64,000 bases of DNA from Chrysemys picta bellii (lineage: Eukaryota), in contig NC_088800.1 in the NCBI RefSeq assembly GCF_011386835.1, positions 37,882,001-37,946,000 on the forward strand, written 5' to 3'. The notes below the pieces were generated by a model, which had not been told where the DNA came from, ran no database searches, and worked only from the letters and a program-made list of their open reading frames with translations. A program made the position numbers and the translations under genes. Shown one piece after another: positions 46,501 through 58,044 of this stretch; positions within the stretch are counted from its first letter, which is position 1; each line of letters opens with the position of its first letter.

Positions 46501-49500
46501 CGGCGGCTGGCAGCCAAGTCGCCGGTCCTGCCAAGTGGCGCTGTCCACTGGGTGCACGCAGCAGGCTTTGAGTCCCACCAATGCATGCTGCACCCACACA
46601 TGCACTCCGCCAGTTTCGTGCTTGCATATTCCCACTGCTCATCCAGGCACTGACAGCGGGGAGGAGCGAGAAGACCCGCACCATTCACGGTGAGTGAGTA
46701 GCGGAGCCAGGAAGACACCCCAGCGCTGCTGATGCTCAGTGCGGTGTTGAAATCACAAAACCCCAACCTCCCTATCTGCTCTAATCTAACCACTTATACT
46801 GTGTTCTGAGCACATAGGAATCACAGGGGCAAAAATCAGAGCGCGGAGGGTGAAGCCTGCCTGATGCCTCCTACCCAGCCTCTACCTTGTGCCTGTTAGG
46901 CAGATGAGCATGGAGGGGACATGGCTTTCATCTCTCACCCCATGCTCTGGGGTGACTTGCTTCTCTGAGAGCTGGTCTCTGAGCACAGGGAGTGCAACAG
47001 TCCATGTGGGGTGGAGTGGGAGGAATCTTTGTCCCCCGCCAGAGGCATGTGCAGGTCAAGGACAGTCTGGCCTGGCGTGTTTAGGTGCAGATGGAAAATA
47101 ATACAGTTAGGCTGTTTGTAAAGCTAGGCCTCCAATCAGAGGACAGGAACAATACCATGCATCTTAGGTGCTCCATTAGCCTCTGAATCCTTTATTCTTT
47201 CAGGCAGGTCACAATTAGCCCTGTGCCCAGATGACAGGCATCACTGCCATCCCACCGGTTACGACTGGCCAGCTCAGACCTCTCCCCAGATGTCTCTGGA
47301 ACAACTTCTCATTCCTGGCCGGGGGGCATTAAATAACCAGCCACATCTGTGGGCACTGGCAGGCTGACACCTGCCCCCCTCACCTACTGAGCCTGCTTCC
47401 GACGTGTCCCTCATGTTCGGAAGCAGAGCGCACTCTCCAGCAGCCACTGCTGTGCCGCCTGGGCTGATTGGGGAGCAGCCATCGCCTCTCCAGCTCTTTC
47501 AGCCACGTCTCCCTGCTGATTGCAATCAACACCTCATTCACAAGCTTCTGTTTACCAATTTTCCGGGAGATATAATACTAATGAGCTGGCGCTACAATCA
47601 AGGGAAGGGGGGAACAAGCAGCAGCCGGGGGATGGAAGACGCTCATTACAACGGGGTGGGGGAGGGGCAAGCACTGCTCTAGCAAGGCCCAGGCATGCCC
47701 CTCTTCCCAGTAGTGTCGGGGGGATTGCCCCCCCACCCACAAGGCCACAGAGGTGCTATCTCCCCCCCATACATCAGCATTAAATGTCACTGAGTCAGAA
47801 CCAATTCCTGGCGTGGATGAAAGAGCCCCACAACGCATCCAACTGCTGGCCCAATGAATTGGGAAATGAGAACTGGTACGGATGGCTCTAATCACCTGGG
47901 AAGTGGCCTTCGTGACAGATCTGGCAATTCCCTGCCATGTCTTTGGGAGATCGTACTGTATTAAGTGTCTGTATCATGTGGACCTGGACTGTGTGGGACT
48001 CCATGTGGGAGGGCGACCACAGCTCCGCCAGACCTAAGGACCATGGGGCTGATTTGGCAAATTCACTCAGGTTGTAACACCTCCTGGGCAGGCTGGCACA
48101 AGCTGCTGCAAACTGCATTCTCCAGAGGCCAACAGACAAAGAACTATGTTGTCTCTGTATGCTTTCACCCTAAGAATAAATGTGCTTGCTCGGACTGAGG
48201 TGCGTGGTACCCGAAAAGGCTATTAGCCTTTGACAAGAAAGCAAAGCTTACACTCTGGCCTTTTAGGCAGCTTAGCTCGCTTGGGATCACAATGGAGGCA
48301 GGGAATTGTGCAGGCAGCCTGGAAATCCCCCAGTCAGGAGGGAGAGAGATGCGGGTCTCCACCCAAGGAAAGTGATGGCTGGGCAGTTGGAAGCTGGAGA
48401 GTGGGTATCCTTGGGAGACCACAGAGGGGGAATACAGGTGCAGTTGCCCCGAACAATGACATTATCACACAGAAGGGGCTAGCAGCTCACATGTGGGTTC
48501 CCATCCCTCAGGGAAATGCCTATGGAGAAGACCTGGCAGCATGAGCAGATGCATTTTGCCTCCTAGCTATCCCAGCCCGGTGACTCACCACCGTGTCAAT
48601 AGAATCTCTAACTGGGAATTCTGAGCAACAATTTAATAAAGTGGAGAGGAGCCAGCTCAGCTTGGAGATGCTGCCCAAGTCCCTGAGCCTGCACCAGCTG
48701 TGTCCACCAGCCCCCTGCAGCTGTCCTGCACCGCACCAAGCCAGCAGCTGCCAAATGCAAACCTTAACTCCGCAAGCAAAGCATTGTGGGGGAAAGCTAT
48801 GCAAAGTAGGCACCAGCTCAGGACAGGAGGGCTAGTCCTTTGGGTCTCACTTAAAGGCTTTGGTGACTCTTCTGCCACAGACACAAGCCACCCCCTCACC
48901 ATCTGTCAGATGATGGCATGGTCTGCCAGGCCCACGGCGGAGACTGGAGACACGTGTCTGTCAACATCTGTATGGCCATATTGCTCTCCATGCCCAAGTG
49001 AGGCAGCAGCCCCATTGCACTCTCACTGAAATGCAACAACTTACAGTATGGGCCAGCACAGCATATTTACAGCTCCTGGGCCGTGCACCCCCAGCTCCCC
49101 CAGGGAGTTCTCCACCCTCTGCTGTGGGTTACCCCATGAGATAACACAGTGTCTGAGTGGGGCTCCAGTGCATCTGAAAGGGACCTCCCAGGGGCCAGTG
49201 TGAAAGTAGGCAGACAAACAGGTAGAAATCTAGGTTGCTTAAACCAGAAGCACGCTGGATAAAGTAAACTCCTTAGGAAATGGCCATAAGGAAGAAATCA
49301 AGGCAAGGTGGTGGGGGTTGTGCCGACGGGATGCAAAGAGACTAGCAGAACAAAGAAAATCCCTAGGAAAATCAGAGGGGAGTGGCCATCGCAGGCTCCC
49401 ACCCCAGGGAGCCATGATGCCAATACCCTTAATGAGAGCAGTTAGTAGCACAGCAGAGCTGGGCGTCGCTGATTCCTAGCTAGACCCAAGCGGTAATAGT

Positions 49501-49629
49501 TGCTCTGGTCCTTATTTTCCCAACAGGCAGCCGGGGAGGGCACTGAGCAGAAAAGCTGCTGTGGACAGTATTGCTATTGACTGTATGTCTGTGCAGCCAC
49601 TAGGCCCAGAGGCATGAGCTACATGGGCT

Positions 49630-49738
49630 TAGGGTGACCAGATGTCCCGATTTTGGGGTCTTTTTCTTATATAGGCTCCTATTACCCCCCCTCCCACCCC
49701 ATGTTCTGATTTTTCACATTTGCTGTCTGGTCACCCTA
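49630..49738. mobile_element. 109-bp hAT MITE (tagggtgacc family)
   Basis: TIRs tagggtgaccaga / tctggtcacccta. Perfect TSD catgggct. Confidence 0.92.
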
Positions 49739-49849
49739 CATGGGCTGCTGTTTTTTCCATCCTCACAAAAGAGTTCATCATCCCAGGGGCCAATGAGGGG
49801 GGCATACGTTTGTGTCCTCATCTCAAAGGCACCTGATTGTGCCTAGGCA

Positions 49850-50350
49850 CAGCATTACAGGGGACTTCACCACTCATGCCCCCACAGCGGCCACTTCCTT
49901 GGCCCTGCGATGGCCAGGCCCAGCCCTCCCTGGGCTTTGCCCTGTAGCCAAGTCACATAACACTCTTCTGGGGTAATCAAAGGGCCAACTTAAAGTTCAC
50001 ACTGCCCTATAGTTCTTCTGTCCCCACAGAGCTTGACTGAAATCCCCTTCTTCCTGGCCCTGCATCAGTTCTCTTGAACTGCCTCTTCCCCAGCAGGATT
50101 TCCCCACTACTTCCCTTCAGCAAGGACCCCAGCAGTTTACCTCTGGGAATCTCCCTCCTCTCTATAGGCCCTAACTCCACATTTCCCCCAAATATCTACC
50201 TTGCTCACTATGAATGCTTCAGAGTCTTCATCACACCACTGCCTTCCTAGCTGTATTTAAGTAGTGCCCTCCCTGTTTCACCACCACAGCTGGGGTCAGT
50301 CTTTCTAATTAAGCCCCATTACACCGAGCTGGGGCCACTAATTAGCCTTT
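49850..50350 (-). mobile_element. Possible degenerate LTR fragment
   Basis: Layout and motifs (tatttaag, ctaattaagcc, actaattagcc) resemble the 5701-6409 LTR. Ends are unclear. Confidence 0.3.
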
Positions 50351-50353
50351 ATG

Positions 50354-50710
50354 GGTATGTGTACACTGAATTGTAAATCCAGGGTCTGTAGGACCAGGGC
50401 TTGTGTACTCGGCATTTCCAGGCCTGTGCTAGAGCATCCACACTGCATTGTAAACCTGGGTTTACAATTGCTGGGCCTGGGTCTCACAGCTGTGCTAATG
50501 GGTCCATGCTGTACTACACAGAGTGCAAAAAATGACAAGATTTGGTTCTGAGTCACAGTGGGACTCTGGCTCTGACCCACACTCCTAGCAGGGTCCCAGG
50601 ATCCGAGTGCTTGCTGCTCCAAGTTAGACTGAGCTGTGTGTAGATGGAAGCAGGGCTTGGGCTCAAACCTGAGTCGGAGCCTAGGCTTATTGTGCAGTGT
50701 AAACATACTA
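50354..50710. mobile_element. Harbinger-like MITE
   Basis: TIRs ggtatgtgtacactg / cagtgtaaacatact. Confidence 0.65.
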
Positions 50711-50864
50711 TATGCGGCTGAGGGAGAGCTGCTAAGTCCTGGGCAAGGCTGAGCCCAGCCTGCTTCAGAGGATCGGTCAGCCCATGACAAGGGGCAAGGA
50801 AACAAACAGCAGCTGATGGCTTGTGTGAAGCGGGTCCTGGGAGCCCTCTTCTTCCCAATGCATC

Positions 50865-51684
50865 TGTCATAACTATAAAGGGAAGGGTAACAGCTGTCCT
50901 GTGTACAGTACTATAAAATCCCTCCTGGCCAGAGACTCCAAAATCCTTTTCCCTGTAAAGGGTTAAGAAGCTCAGGTAGCCTGGCTGGCATCTGACCCAA
51001 AGGACCAATAAGGGGACAAGATACTTTCAAATCTGGGGGGGGGGGGGGGAAGGCTTTTATTTGTGCTCTTTGTTGGGGTGTTCGTTCACTCTTGGGACTG
51101 AGAGGGACCAGACATCAATCCAGGTTCTCCACATCTTTCTAAACAAGTCTCTCATATTTCAAACTTGTAAGTAAATAGCCAGGCAAGGCGTCTTAGTTTT
51201 ACTTTGTTTTCTCAACTTGTAAATGTACCTTTTACTAGAGTGTTTATCTTTGTTTGCTGTACTTTGAACCTAGACTAGAGGGGAGTCCTCTGAGCTCTTT
51301 AAGTTTGATTACCCTGTAAAGCTATTTTCCATACTGATTTTACAGAGATGATTTTTACCTTTTTCTTTAATTAAAAGCCTTCCTTTTAAGAACCTGATTG
51401 ATTTTTTCCTTGTTTTTAGATCCAAGGGGGTTGGATCTGTATTCACCAGGAGTTGGTGGGAGGAAGGAGGGGAATGGTTAATTTCTCCTTGTTTTAAGAT
51501 CCAAGGGGTTTGGATCTGTATTCACCAGGGAATTGGTGAAAGGTTTCTCAAGGCTTCCCAGGGAAGGGAATTAGCTTGAGATGGTGGCAGCGGACCAGAG
51601 CTAAGCTGGTAATTAAGCTTAGAAGTCTTTATGCAGGCCCCCACATTGTACCCTAAAGTTCAAAGTGGGGATACAGCCTTGACA
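50865..51684 (+). mobile_element. Young solo LTR, 820 bp
   Basis: TGTCA...TGACA termini. Perfect 5-bp TSD GCATC (50860-64 and 51685-89). ATTAAA at 51370. Internal duplication with a period of about 80 bp (51408-51460 and 51487-51538). Confidence 0.92.
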
Positions 51685-52139
51685 GCATCATTGTGTGGGA
51701 TCCTAGAAGGGACATTTCCATACTAGGGGAGTGACAGTGCTGCAGATGAGAGCTAAGTGAATGAGGGGCAACCTCTGGGAACGGAGTTGGGCAAAAGATT
51801 CTTTAGCAGTTCACTGATGTGGGCCTGATTTCAGGAGCTTTTCAGGCAAGTGGCTGAGGCAACGAGACAGCCTGGCCTAGTGGGGTGAGCAGAGCCCTGG
51901 CAGCCAGAAGCTCCAAGATTCTGCTCCCACATGGCCCACTGCCTGGTCTGAATTGTCTTATGCATGGATAAAACACTTCCCAAAGGTTACGGGGCCTCAC
52001 AGCAACCTGAAGATGTAGGTGTGGTCTTTGAGCCTTAAGCCTCCACCTGCCCTGCAAGAAAGGAGCAACTTGTGTGCAGGAGGTCAGTGTCATTCAGTGT
52101 CAGTGCCCTGTAAGGCAGGAGGGATTTCAAGGTCCTGCC

Positions 52140-52260
52140 AAGGTAAATATCATTAACCCCTTTCACAGAGGCTCAGGGAATGCAAGTGACCTCCCCAAGG
52201 TCACAGAGCCCATCAGCGTCAGAATCAGCCCCTGACTCATCCACTAGATCCCAGTGCCCT
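52140..52260 (-). mobile_element. MIR fragment
   Basis: ttaaccccttttcacagaggctcag...gcaagtgacctccccaaggtcacagag. Confidence 0.6.
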
Positions 52261-53044
52261 CTAGGCAGGGGCTAGTGCCAACAAATCTGTCCTCTGATCT
52301 TGGATGCCCAGCCTGAGGCACCTTAAGCCTGACAAGGGAATTCGGGGGCCCAGAGTCTCTAGCTGGACACCCAAACAACAGGCCACTTCTGAAAATCTGG
52401 ACTTAGAACTCTCTGTGTCTCGGTTTCCCCATCGGTGCAATGGGAATAATGCTACTTGCTTACCTGTCTCCAAGTGGTGTCCTCCCCGTAGCCTGGCTGA
52501 ACCCATGGACTGCACTCCATTTGCTGGTGGTCTCATTGGCTGAGTGGGGCAGCTGCAGGGTAAGCCATTTCTGCACTAGAGGCTGACCCATGATCCCCAG
52601 AACTGAGCCAAAGAGCCAGGCTCTCAAGCTGAGAGCGGTAACAGCCCCATGTCCTCATTGCCTCAGTGGAGCAGGCAATGTGGGCAATACATAACACAAG
52701 AGCCAGTGGGTTCCACTCCCACGACAGACATGAGGACCATCCAGGTGGCAGACCAGGGGCACAGTGTATGAGAAGCCATGGGCCAGCATTGGAGGAGGGA
52801 AACTGGACCGAGGGAAAAGGTGACCACTGCATTGCAGCACCAGCCAGCAGGAAGCCACACTGCTCAGGGGTGGTTCCCAAATGATCAGATACTGCCCAGA
52901 ATCCATTGCAAAAGCTAATGGAAGCGTTAGATGAGCAGATGGCCAGTTCCTCTCCTCTGTGGGCAGTATAGGATCACCACCCTGCTGCCAATAAACCCCC
53001 AAAGTAAATGCTCCCCAGCAGGTTAGCTTTCCCAAACCAGTGAG

Positions 53045-53300
53045 AAGAGGCAGTGTGAGCCAGTGGTTAGGGCACTAGGCTGAGTCAGGAGACCTGGGGA
53101 CTATTCCCAGCTCTGCTGCTGCTGTCAGCTCTCTGTGACTCTGTTTCCCCTCACGCCCTGTACCTGCCTTGCCTGTTTAGCTTGTAAGCGCATCAGGGTG
53201 GGGCTGGCTGTTACCATGAGTATATACAGTGCTTAGATAACGGAGCCTTGATCTCAGATGGGGCTATTGATGCTTCTCTAGTACAAACTGTAATAAATGA
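53045..53300 (+). mobile_element. MIR-like SINE with L2-like tail
   Basis: tRNA-like head gaggcagtgtgagccagtggttagggcac...ggagacctgg, then a tail ttagcttgtaagc...tacagtgcttag...gtaataaat. Confidence 0.7.
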
Positions 53301-54897
53301 TGGAGGGGGGTGGAAAGTTATATAAGTGATCGATTTTGCTGCGAAATACCTCATTGCATTCCTTCTAAATATGTGTCCCTTTGTTCTTGACGGAGAGAGT
53401 GGGTTAAAGGCAGCGGCCTCGTCTATCCCAGTCATTACTGGATAAATCTCTTTTATGATACTTCCTACACATCTCCTCTTTAAACTGAATAGCTCTCGTC
53501 CTCTAAATCTCTTCCTCTATGGGGGCCTCCCTCTTCACTTCCTACGCTCTCAGAGCAGATTCTGTAGCACCTTGCAGCACAAATTGCTTCTCAAGCTGTA
53601 GCTACAGATGGATGTGCTGCATCCCAAGTGAAAATGAGCTGTGGTCTCTCCTGGGTGGGCAGACGGCTGGCATGTGGGCTGCTGCATATCAGCAGGGGGG
53701 CCATAAGACTGTGGCCAAGGGCACTGGAGTAAACCCCTACCCTTCAGAAAGGTGGCATGGGATCATTCGGGCCAGATGGTGCCATTAAGGCACATGGGGC
53801 AGCATGGCAGCATCTCGGGGCACAAAGGGAGCATGCCATCTGCTACACACCTTAAAGGAGCTGCAGTATATGCTCCCCTGCATGGCTGCCCCTTTTTGGG
53901 GTGGTTTGCAGGGACCAGCTCCTGAATTCCTGAGAGCACAGGAACTGCAATTGTGGTTGTGCCACCCACATGGGGTATGCGGGGGATGGGGAGGGGCTGT
54001 TCCCTGGTTTTGTAATGCTTAAATTGTTGTCCATGTTCCTTGCCTGAACCTGGATCACAGCACACAGCTCCCTTCAGATCCATTGGTGTCAGAGATAAAT
54101 TACAACAATCACGTAATCATTGGCCATGGCCCCACCGGCACGTCCTGGCCCCGGCCCTGCTTGAGGTGGCTGCAGATTGCAGATGTACAGTGAATGATGC
54201 AGTTCACACCCCTGGGAGCTGTGGATTCAGGCTGTCTGCACCCTTGGGGTCACATTTTCGAGCTTTTCTTTACATTCAGGAGGGCTAGAGACATCTTTTT
54301 TTTTAAATAAAGCTGAGGTTCTGATCTCATCATATGACTCCAGCAGCAGGGTCCTGGATATGGGCCTGGACTGCCCATGCCTTAATCCGGCCCTGATGGT
54401 GTGCGCTTGTACTGCTGTTGCCAGCGCTGTCCTGCTCTCTGGCTAAATTGAGACCTCACTCTCCAGAGCTGTCAGTCCCACTCCTTTCCCCCTCTCTTCC
54501 CTAGTCAGGTATCCAGGCGGAGTTTCTCTGGGCAGCATCCACTGACTCCTTGGACTCCCTGTTGTCTGGGGTTCTCTGCTCAGTGTCCCTGTCTGGACTC
54601 CTTATTTTGAACTTCTGACCCCCCCATTCCTGTTCCTGTTTTTTCATTTTTTTTTTTTTGTCCCACTCAATTAGCAGTCTTCTGGATTCTGCAGCCCCTT
54701 CCCTAGATTGGAGGAGCAGGAGGAAGACTTTTCTCCTAGGTGAGCTTAGGCCCATCCTCTTGGAATTAAATAGGCCATTTCCTTTCCCCCTCTTTTCCCT
54801 AGTAATCATCGGTATCCAGGTGGTGTTCCTCTGGGCACATCCAATGCCTTTGGATTCCTTCAAGGAGCAGAGGGTGTTGTCTGGGGTTCTCTGCACA

Positions 54898-55010
54898 TGG
54901 GGTGACCTGACAGCAAGTGTGAAAAATTGGGATGGGGTGGGGAGCCTATATAAGAAAAAGTCCCAAATATCGGGATTGTCCCTATAAAATTGGGATATCT
55001 GGTCACCCTA
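54898..55010. mobile_element. 113-bp hAT MITE, same family as 49630-49738, opposite orientation
   Basis: TIRs t(g)gggtgacc / ggtcacccta. Perfect TSD tctgcaca. Confidence 0.92.
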
Positions 55011-55114
55011 TCTGCACAGAGCATCTGGCTCCTTCATTTCATACCTTTGACACACACACCCCTTCCCCAGCTCCTCATTGTGTGCTGACCATTCCCCAGG
55101 AATGCAATCAGGGA

Positions 55115-55262
55115 CAGGGCTGCCCAGAGGATTCAGGGGGCCCCTTCCATAAAAAAAAGTTGCAATACTACAGAATACTATATTCTCGTGGGGGCACCTG
55201 TGGGGCCCGGGGCCTGTGGCAAATTGCCCCACTTGCCCCCCCCCCCCCTCTGGGTGGCCCTG
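55115..55262. mobile_element. hAT MITE (cagggc..cccag family)
   Basis: TIRs cagggctgcccagagg / cctctgggtggccctg. Perfect TSD atcaggga. Confidence 0.92.
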
Positions 55263-56749
55263 ATCAGGGAGCTCATTCCCCGGCTCTGCCATTCACTTCT
55301 CCAGTGAAATATTTCTCAGCAATGGAATAGAAATCATTTCCGCACCAAACAAACACCCAACAAACCCCGGCCTTTCACTCAGCGCATACGTCAATCGCAC
55401 AGCCTAGGAGGGCCCTGCTGCTTTCCACGCAGCCGAAAAGAATCTCTGCAAACTCCACTCAGTGACAAATGAGGGTAAAAGCTGCTTGTTGGAACAGTGG
55501 GGATGAAAGGAGCTACAAGGGAAATGCACCAGCATTGTTAATATTCCATTAAAAAATGCATGTGATTTTTCCTTTTCATTCTGCTCCCCTTAATACCCGG
55601 TCCCAGCTGCCGGGAAATAACAGCAAGCTAAAGCGGGGGAGGAAGGATAATGGGCCCTATTGTAAAGGTGCCCTTATTTCTTTAGCACTCCTGTCCCCTT
55701 TCTACTGCTCTGCCCTGTGTACAGTGAGGGGCTAATTCTCTCTGGGTTCGGCCTTTCTCTTTGGCCATGGTCTGTGTATTGGGCTTGCAGGAGGGATGTG
55801 CCTTTACAAGTGAACGAGTGAACGTGCTGTGTGGAACGCTGGGCGGAGAGTGCAATGCTCCGTTAGCAACTGATCCTGCTCTGACCTGAGGCCCCCTCAA
55901 CTAACCAGGGACTTTCAAAGAAGCACAGCACCTCCGCAGGACTGAGCAGTTAGTGACAGAGGCAGCTGCTAGCAAGTACGGAGCCGTGCTGCAGATTCCT
56001 ATTACGGTCCAATCTGTGCTAAACTTTTATTGCCTGGGGAATTCAATAGCACACGCTCACTGGCTGGGCCCGTGGCAGTTGGGGTCACCGTATAACCGAG
56101 ACAGCTTCCACCAGGATAATCGGGTGTGTCCCCTGGTTTGGGGACAGGGTGAAGATTGTGTTTGCCAGGAGTTGTATGGTGGGGAGGGCTGAAAGAAGAG
56201 AGGTATCACCTGATTGGTATGTGGGCCAAATGAATTAGCGGACTGGGGAGAGTTTGCTTTGAACTAGAAGTAATACCTTGCAGGGCATACACTGCCTGCT
56301 TTGAGATATATATTGATTGGCTGCTTGACAGGCAGAGTGAGCACAAGGCTCTTTCGTGCAAGCTGTATTTGTGCATGCAACCCGCACTGTGAAATCCTGG
56401 ATCTTGGTCTCTCTAACAGCTTGCCCACAGAAGAGGATAAAAACCTACTATAGCCTTCCTGCATGACTAATTTAGATGGAGCCCCAGATCTCACACCTCT
56501 GCCACCTCTGGGTATCACAGTTTAAGCTTAGCGACTCAGACTCGCCTGTAGTGACATCACTCATCATATTGCCTGAGTTACAAGGCAAACAACCTGCCCA
56601 AAGAATGGAGTGATATATATATATATAAATATATGCTTGTTAAGACATTAAGAAATTTGACTAACTGAGTTTATCCTTGTAAAATAACAACATGTTAGCA
56701 AACAGATCACTGATTTCTTTACCCAACTATTTTCTGTCTAGATATCATT

Positions 56750-56960
56750 AATAACTTGTGACATTATTAAAATGACAGGCCCCAACTTGTGACTGGGACC
56801 CCGTTGTGCTAGGTGCTGTATGGACACATAGTGAGAGATAGGCCTTGCCCTCAAGGGCTTACCGTCTAAGCAGACCAGACAGACCAAGGGTGGGAGGGGA
56901 AACTGAGGCTCAGAGACTTGCCCAAGGTCACCCAGCGGGTCAGTAACAGAGTGGCCAATT
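56750..56960 (-). mobile_element. L2-like fragment fused to a MIR core
   Basis: ttgtgctaggtgctgt...gccctcaagggcttaccgtctaa; ggggaaactgaggctcagagacttgcccaaggtcacccag. Confidence 0.65.
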
Positions 56961-57384
56961 CATTGCAATGCATTTGCTATATGTAATGCGGGAGAATTGA
57001 CTAATAAAAGAAATGGAAAGGGAAAAGAATCACTCCCTTTAAAGTTCAAATCTCCTCCCCCACTCTCATTGACCTCAGTGCCCCCCCCCCCCCACACACT
57101 TGGACAAGATTGTGACTGAGGAGGGGGCATGCTCTAACAGTCAGCAATGCCCCTGGGAGTGCTGTGTGTGTGTGTACATAACTAGCAGCCTCTCATACCA
57201 ATGCACACTTCTACAGGGTATGATGCATGTGTTCCTCTGCACTCTCTCCCACCTCCTTCTGGCAATCTCGCACCGCCGGTACCACTAGACTTACCCTGCC
57301 CTTGCATGCCAAGAGTTCACTGGCCAGAACTCTGCCTGGCTCCAGTGTAAATATGCTGGAGCCGCCTTGCCCCATCCCACCAAT

Positions 57385-57578
57385 AACATGCATCTAGGCT
57401 GTGGTGAATTCTCCATCACTGGCAACTTTAAAATCCAGCCAGGATGTTTTGATAAAAGATCCTCCCTCATTCAAACAGGAATTATTTGGGGGCAGTTCTC
57501 TGGCCTGTGCTATGCAGGGGGTCAGAACTAGATGAACACGATGGTTCCTTCTGGCCTTGGAATCTATGATTCTATGAA
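57385..57578 (+). mobile_element. CR1 3' end (older subfamily)
   Basis: ggtgaattctccatcactggc...ggcctgtgctatgcagggggtcag...ggccttggaatctatgattctatga. Confidence 0.85.
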
Positions 57579-57712
57579 CCAAGGGCTAGGTGCAATCTTG
57601 GTTTTAATGGTCAGAGATCATCCTAAGATTCCAGGCTCTTTCTATCAGCCCATTGCTCATAAAATAAAGCTAGTGGCCCCTAGCACACAGAGAGGACAGA
57701 GGTGCTCTCTAC

Positions 57713-58044
57713 CAGGGATCAGCAACCTTCGGAATGTGGCCTGTCAGGGTAAGCCCCTGGCGGGCCGGGACGGTTTGTTTACCTGCAGCATCTGCAGGTT
57801 TGGCTGATCGCAGCTCCCACTGGCCGCGGTTTGCCACTCCAGGCCAATGGGGGCTGCAGGAAGCAGCAGCCAGCACATCCCTCAGCCCGCGCCGCTTCCT
57901 GCAGCCCCCATTGGCCTGGAGCGGCGAACTGCAGCCAGTGGGGGTCACGATCAGTTGAACCTGCGGATGCTGCAGGTAAAAAACTGTTCCGGCCCTCCAG
58001 GAGCTTTCGCTGACGGGCCGTGTGCCAAAGGTTGCCGACCCCTG
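57713..58044. mobile_element. hAT-Charlie-like fold-back MITE
   Basis: TIRs cagggatcagcaacctt / aaggttgccgacccctg. TSD ctctctac / ctctatac (7/8). Almost the whole element is an imperfect palindrome. Confidence 0.88.

Noticed and set aside
51033-51048. Long poly-G run (and poly-C at about 55236-55248)
   Set aside because: Homopolymers inside TEs, of uncertain true length and not informative.
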